Assembly: GCA_965655095.1 (NCBI GenBank)
Contig: OZ296651.1
Coordinates: forward strand, 87,544,001 to 87,608,000
Length of the DNA: 64,000 nt
Source: Haplodiscus bocki
Taxonomy: Eukaryota
Direction of reading: 5' to 3'
The notes beneath the pieces were generated by a model. That model searched no databases. It had not been told where the DNA came from and saw nothing but the letters and a program-made list of their open reading frames with translations. The position numbers were made by a program, and so were the translations under genes. Shown here piece by piece: positions 59,484 through 64,000 of this stretch (position 1 is its first letter; each line of letters starts with the position of its first letter).

Positions 59484-60565
59484 TTGTTTATTAAAGGTTT
59501 AATTAAAGTGTATACCATCAAAACTATTAGGGAAAATAATAGTATACTGCTTGCTATTGATAGAAGTGAAAATTCAAAAAAAAATTATTAAAATCTTTGA
59601 TTTCAGTATTTGTACAACTAGTGAATGTGACATTATCATAATCTGTAAAATTATCATAATCTTTTGTAACATCTGCTGTATACATTTTTTAGTTACTAAA
59701 TGGTATATGCGAATATTTTCTGATTAAAAGGTAGTTTTTACTACGATCAAATGATTTTATCAATTGTGGATCTCTGTTAATAACAAAATTTTTTTTCAAC
59801 CATTTGCATGGGTTTAATACTATAGTGTTTATATGTTAGTTTACATTCATTGAAGAGGGCTTTGATAATCATTTTATTAATGTTACCAAAACAATATCCC
59901 TGAAATTTGTAATAATCAATCCATTATAATAAATAAGTCTTTATTTTGGTGATACCGTCAACGTTATAAGAGTAGAATTTTTCTATGTGTAGTTTGAAAT
60001 TATTGTCAATTTCTCAATAGAATTCACAATTTATAAAACATACATCGAATTCCTCAATATGAGGAGTGATATGATCAATTAAAATTTCATCAATTTCGTG
60101 GAAACGAGGATTTATATTAGTACAGTTTTTATATAAACTTTTATCATTTTTCTTACGTAGAGTAGCTAAGTACTCTTTATATTCAGATTCATTTTCAATA
60201 TTTGATCGATCACATACTTTTTAAAGGAGATCCATATTTAGTTAGGTGAAATTATTTGAAATGATTTATTCGAGATCTCATTTTTCTACATTTTTAAAAT
60301 GGATGATTTTGTAAATATAATTAAAAGGGATCCAAAAGTACGAATTAAAATAAATGATGTGTTAGATAAATATAATAGATTACTTTACAATTATCAATCA
60401 ATAATGGGCTATGATTTTTTGTTTTAGAATGTTATTCTTAAAGATTTGATATATATAATGGGTACAACAAAAACAGATTCAGATAAAAAAACAAAAATGG
60501 AAATTAGTAGAATGGAATATTCAAAAAGTTAAAACTCAAATAATTGTAAAAAATATGTATAATAA

Positions 60566-61330
60566 ATGATGGATATTTACATGATGCAATACAATTATCG
60601 ATCTACATATTTAGTTGTGATAATCGAAAATATCTACGTCTCTGTCGACAAATATGAGAATAATAAATTTGATCAACCATTACTCTATTTTCAACCAAAA
60701 AACATTTTTACTGGCAAATCAAGGATTTGTGAGATGACTGATTTTTCTGTGGCTTTGAATAACCCCGAATTCGATGTTAATACTATTTTACTAGAATGTG
60801 AAGATAATGAATACGATTATATTTCTGGGTTAGAAATTTTTAAATTTAAGACTGATGATAAAATTATAGATTACATATCTCTCATAGGCAACAACATGGT
60901 TCTTTATGCTATTATAATTGGAGAAAAATATACAAATTTCATATACAATCGTTATAATTTTATTGAAAACGTTAAAATTGAAGAAGGAAGTTTATTATAC
61001 AGAACAAAGAGTAGCTTACATCCATTTGATTATCATGTTGAAAAATGTGGTGAATATTTTTCAAAAAAATTAGAATGTAGTCTGATCCATACTTTTTGGC
61101 CCGGTGTTGGAGAAGATATAGAGGATGAAGAAGATGTTAATTTACACGAACTAGAATATACCGACGGAAGTAATGAGGTTGTAAAAATTTTAAGTCAAAA
61201 AAGTGTTATATGTCTTGGACGGGATAGTGAATATGCATTTAAACAGTGTGGCCATCATTGTCTTTGTGAGGAATGTTATCAAATTAAAAGTAATTTTGAT
61301 ATTTTAAAATGTGTTGTTTGTAGAACATAA
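60566..61330 (+). CDS. Accessory protein with C-terminal C3HC4 RING finger (254 aa)
   Basis: SVIC...CGHHCLCEEC...CVVCR; first Cys replaced by Ser; unknown N-terminal domain and acidic linker. Confidence 0.75.
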   Translation: MMDIYMMQYNYRSTYLVVIIENIYVSVDKYENNKFDQPLLYFQPKNIFTGKSRICEMTDFSVALNNPEFDVNTILLECEDNEYDYISGLEIFKFKTDDKIIDYISLIGNNMVLYAIIIGEKYTNFIYNRYNFIENVKIEEGSLLYRTKSSLHPFDYHVEKCGEYFSKKLECSLIHTFWPGVGEDIEDEEDVNLHELEYTDGSNEVVKILSQKSVICLGRDSEYAFKQCGHHCLCEECYQIKSNFDILKCVVCRT

Positions 61331-61960
61331 TTCACCATTTTGTTCCGAAGAAAATGATTTATATAAATGAAAATTGTTATTAGTGAATACTTTTTTATCG
61401 ACCCAAAATTAAATGGGAAAAATTGATATTATAAATAACACAATCCTAGAGCATTACTAAAAAATATGGTGATAATTATTGTAGAAAAATCGAATTTAAT
61501 CATAAAATTCATTTTTTTGATATAATAAAAAACAAAACAATAAATACTTTGACTAATCGTGGATTGAACAAAACAATAATAGCATCTCAAGGAAGATAAG
61601 AACTCATTAAGACAAACATGATGATAATTTTAAAAGAAGGAAGTTTTTCCAAAAATGTTATAACCACTTATATGAAATGTAATAATTTTCCAAGATTAAG
61701 GACAATATTTTTTTAAAAAATTGCTAGAAATAAGGATTATGTTTATAATTTGTGTAATAGACCTTTTATGGATTTTCATCGACATTGTCGTGAATGGTAT
61801 TTATATAATAACACTGATGGAGAAGATATACGAATGCTTCATGAGGAGATAAATAATAATTATGGTGCTCATTGGTAAGTGTTCGTCATCTTGGATGTGA
61901 TAAATTAATAAATCAAACAAAAGTATTTTGATTAAATGTTTTTCTATACAATAAAAGGAG

Positions 61961-62263
61961 ATGAAATCAGTTAGTGATTGTTTAAATACTATTGATGATG
62001 CTATAGTTGAAAAAAATGGAAAGTATATTACTATTTCAGATTTAGAGATTATTCATAAATACTTGTTAGAAAAAGGGCAAAGTAATTTCATTGAAGATAG
62101 GCTTGCTCAATCAAACGTGCTTAGTCAATTATATTCTATAATAGAAAATCATCATCAATTTGTAGATGAAGATATAAAAAGTGAATATATACAGTTGAGA
62201 AAAGTAATATTAGTTTGGTCAATAGAATGTAGTACAGAGCCTAAATTTGATAAACAAAAATAA
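61961..62263 (+). CDS. Polinton accessory hypothetical protein
   Basis: 100-aa ATG-initiated ORF ending next to the right TIR, co-oriented with the RING gene. Confidence 0.45.
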   Translation: MKSVSDCLNTIDDAIVEKNGKYITISDLEIIHKYLLEKGQSNFIEDRLAQSNVLSQLYSIIENHHQFVDEDIKSEYIQLRKVILVWSIECSTEPKFDKQK

Positions 62264-62281
62264 TTTGTTACTTTACAAAAT

Positions 62282-62816
62282 GTTGTGAAAGTAAAAGAAA
62301 AATTTGAAAAGACTAGACATGTCAAACATAACAATAAATCTAAAAAGTATATTCTACGAAGACAAAGAAATGCAAGATATCATGAAAAACTTCTGTCTAA
62401 TAAAAAGAAATCTTATAAAGTTTCTTAAAACAAAAATTTCATTTTCAGTTGTTCGAGCTAGAACATTTATCCGAACATTTGATCGGGGTTTTGTTCGGGG
62501 GGAATACAAAGACCTAAAATTTTGTAGACGAATTTTCTATTATGCAGCTGGAAGAAGTGAAATGTGTATGATTTTTTTATTAGTGGAGTGGAAAAAATGA
62601 TGATGAATTTTTTATTAGTGGAGAGGAAAAAATAATTGATTTTTTTAACGTTATTATTCCTGTGTACCACCATTGACACATAAAGGAAAAAATAATTTTA
62701 CAAAATTAATCTTTTGTACCTGTGAACCACCTTTGGTATGGTTTAATTTTTTTTGAGTTTTTACTTGATTTTCGGTGCGGCCTGTGCATCTGGTGTCAAA
62801 TGCTTTTTTATCCACT
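62282..62816 (-). repeat. Right TIR of inner Polinton
   Basis: Reverse complement reads AGTGGATAAAAAAGCATTTGACACCAG..., matching 45110 onward (one AGT unit shorter). Confidence 0.93.
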
Positions 62817-64000
62817 CATGGGTTCATCACCACCGTCTTCAAGCGTTTTAATATTCAAGCCTTTGCTGCTGTTTTTGAACTTGTTTGTTTGAGAGTGGTA
62901 ACAGGGATATGTTTTGCTACACAGACAAATCATTTCTGTGCAGCGGAATTCTTCTTTGAATAAACCACGTTCTCGTCTATTGTGATTTCTTTGCTTAACG
63001 CAGCAAGTGGGAGGGAAGAAAATTGTTGTTGTGTCGGTTGAAAGTTTACCCGTACAGTCTCCAATTCGCAGAGAGTTCCACACTTTTTTCATTGCTGGTC
63101 GGATACAATCATACAAGGCGTGCCCTGATAAAGCTAGATAGAGCGAGTCTGGAACCATCTCCAACTTTTAAAACTTTGTAACATCCCAATACTTAACAAA
63201 GAAGTTATAATACAGCCCTAGCAATTATAATGTTGCATAATCTAACAGTAATAGGTCCGTTGTGGTCAATTTCTGACTTGACAAGCTCTACTTCATACAG
63301 TTGATCGTTTATATAATCCAGAAGCTGAAACGTTTTGTTATCGATAGCTCCATGTGTTTTTTTATCACTGAAACATTTTATTACCGTATGTCAATTCCGA
63401 TTTCTAATCTGGTATTCATATGAACTGTTTGCTAGCATTTTCATTGTCTCAGCCACATTAGATATTGGTTTCCCGTCTCCCTCTCTTCTAGCATCCACCA
63501 CAGACTGAACAAAGTTGTTGAAGCACTTCATCCGAGTGTAATGCGCAAACCGATAAAAATTTTTGCGAACCATCGGCAAGTCCAGATAAAAGAGCAGCAA
63601 CGGTGTTATGATTGTTCTCTTCTCCAAAAAATAGCTTGATGAAAACATCCTCCTAGATTGACTTAGAAGTCCTTTTTTCTCCACATTTGTTTTACAAACG
63701 GACCAATGTCATCACTGGTAACCTTAATGTAATTCAAGATGGGTGGAAAGTTGGCAAAAACTTCTCGGAGTATCGCGGGTACTTCAACATCACGTTGAAC
63801 ATAACCAAACAGACCTTCAGATTTGAGTTTTTCCAATAGTTTTTCTTCCCTGAAAAGCATTTGGTAGAAGAAAAATTCGCGCAGATGCTATTTGTCAATA
63901 CTATCTGTCTTGCAATTTTTCCAAAAATCACTTTCGTAAATCTCAATGACGTCTTAACTTTTTGCTTGTATGTATTGTTTTCGTTGTTCGTTCAGCTCTA
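62817..64000 (-). pseudogene. Outer Polinton protein-primed DNA polymerase B (continues beyond window)
   Basis: LFGYVQ.DVEVP..FANFPPI; ETMKMLANSSYEYQI (KxxxNSxYG); EMVPDSLY (DTDS-like); GLFKEE..CLCSKTY..SSKGLN. Confidence 0.9.

Larger units (their letters stand above)
45107..62816 (-). mobile_element. Full-length degenerate Polinton/Maverick (adintovirus-like), 17.7 kb
   Basis: AGTAGT left terminus, ~550-bp TIRs, 6-bp TSD CATGGG (45101-45106, 62817-62822); pPolB, RVE integrase, adenain, major and minor capsid, packaging ATPase. Confidence 0.95.

Noticed and set aside
62304-62679. ORFs 62304-62600 and 62467-62679
   Set aside because: Lie within the right TIR; no motifs; the left TIR has no equivalent ORF in the track.
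8480-64000. Alternative genetic code explaining the many stops
   Set aside because: All three stop types and numerous frameshifts interrupt conserved motifs; consistent with neutral decay.

Overview
AT-rich eukaryotic (most likely invertebrate animal) genomic DNA made almost entirely of decayed, nested mobile elements; I could not support any host gene, rRNA, tRNA or CRISPR array. Left to right: (1) a Gag-only Gypsy-like LTR element (1444-7181) whose ~1.55-kb LTR contains the first ~136 codons of gag, followed by an in-frame 4-unit array of LTR-end/primer-binding-site junctions, all bracketed by a near-perfect 347-bp direct duplication; (2) a CR1/L2-type LINE; (3) a 16.9-kb Gypsy element (12557-29433, 4-bp TSD GTTA) with pol, a chuvirus-like/class III fusion glycoprotein remnant and ~4.7 kb of extra unexplained sequence; (4) two divergent solo LTRs related to element 1, on either side of a second LINE; (5) a hAT MITE with a perfect 8-bp TSD; (6) an orphan Polinton-type integrase relic; (7) a Polinton/Maverick (adintovirus-like) nest, in which a full-length 17.7-kb element (45107-62816, AGTAGT terminus, ~550-bp TIRs, 6-bp TSD CATGGG, full capsid module and a RING cargo gene) sits inside the pPolB gene of a different Polinton lineage, which itself abuts a terminus+protease+capsid fragment. 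All alignments and translations were done by eye; identities are estimates and family assignments rest on remembered motifs, not database searches.
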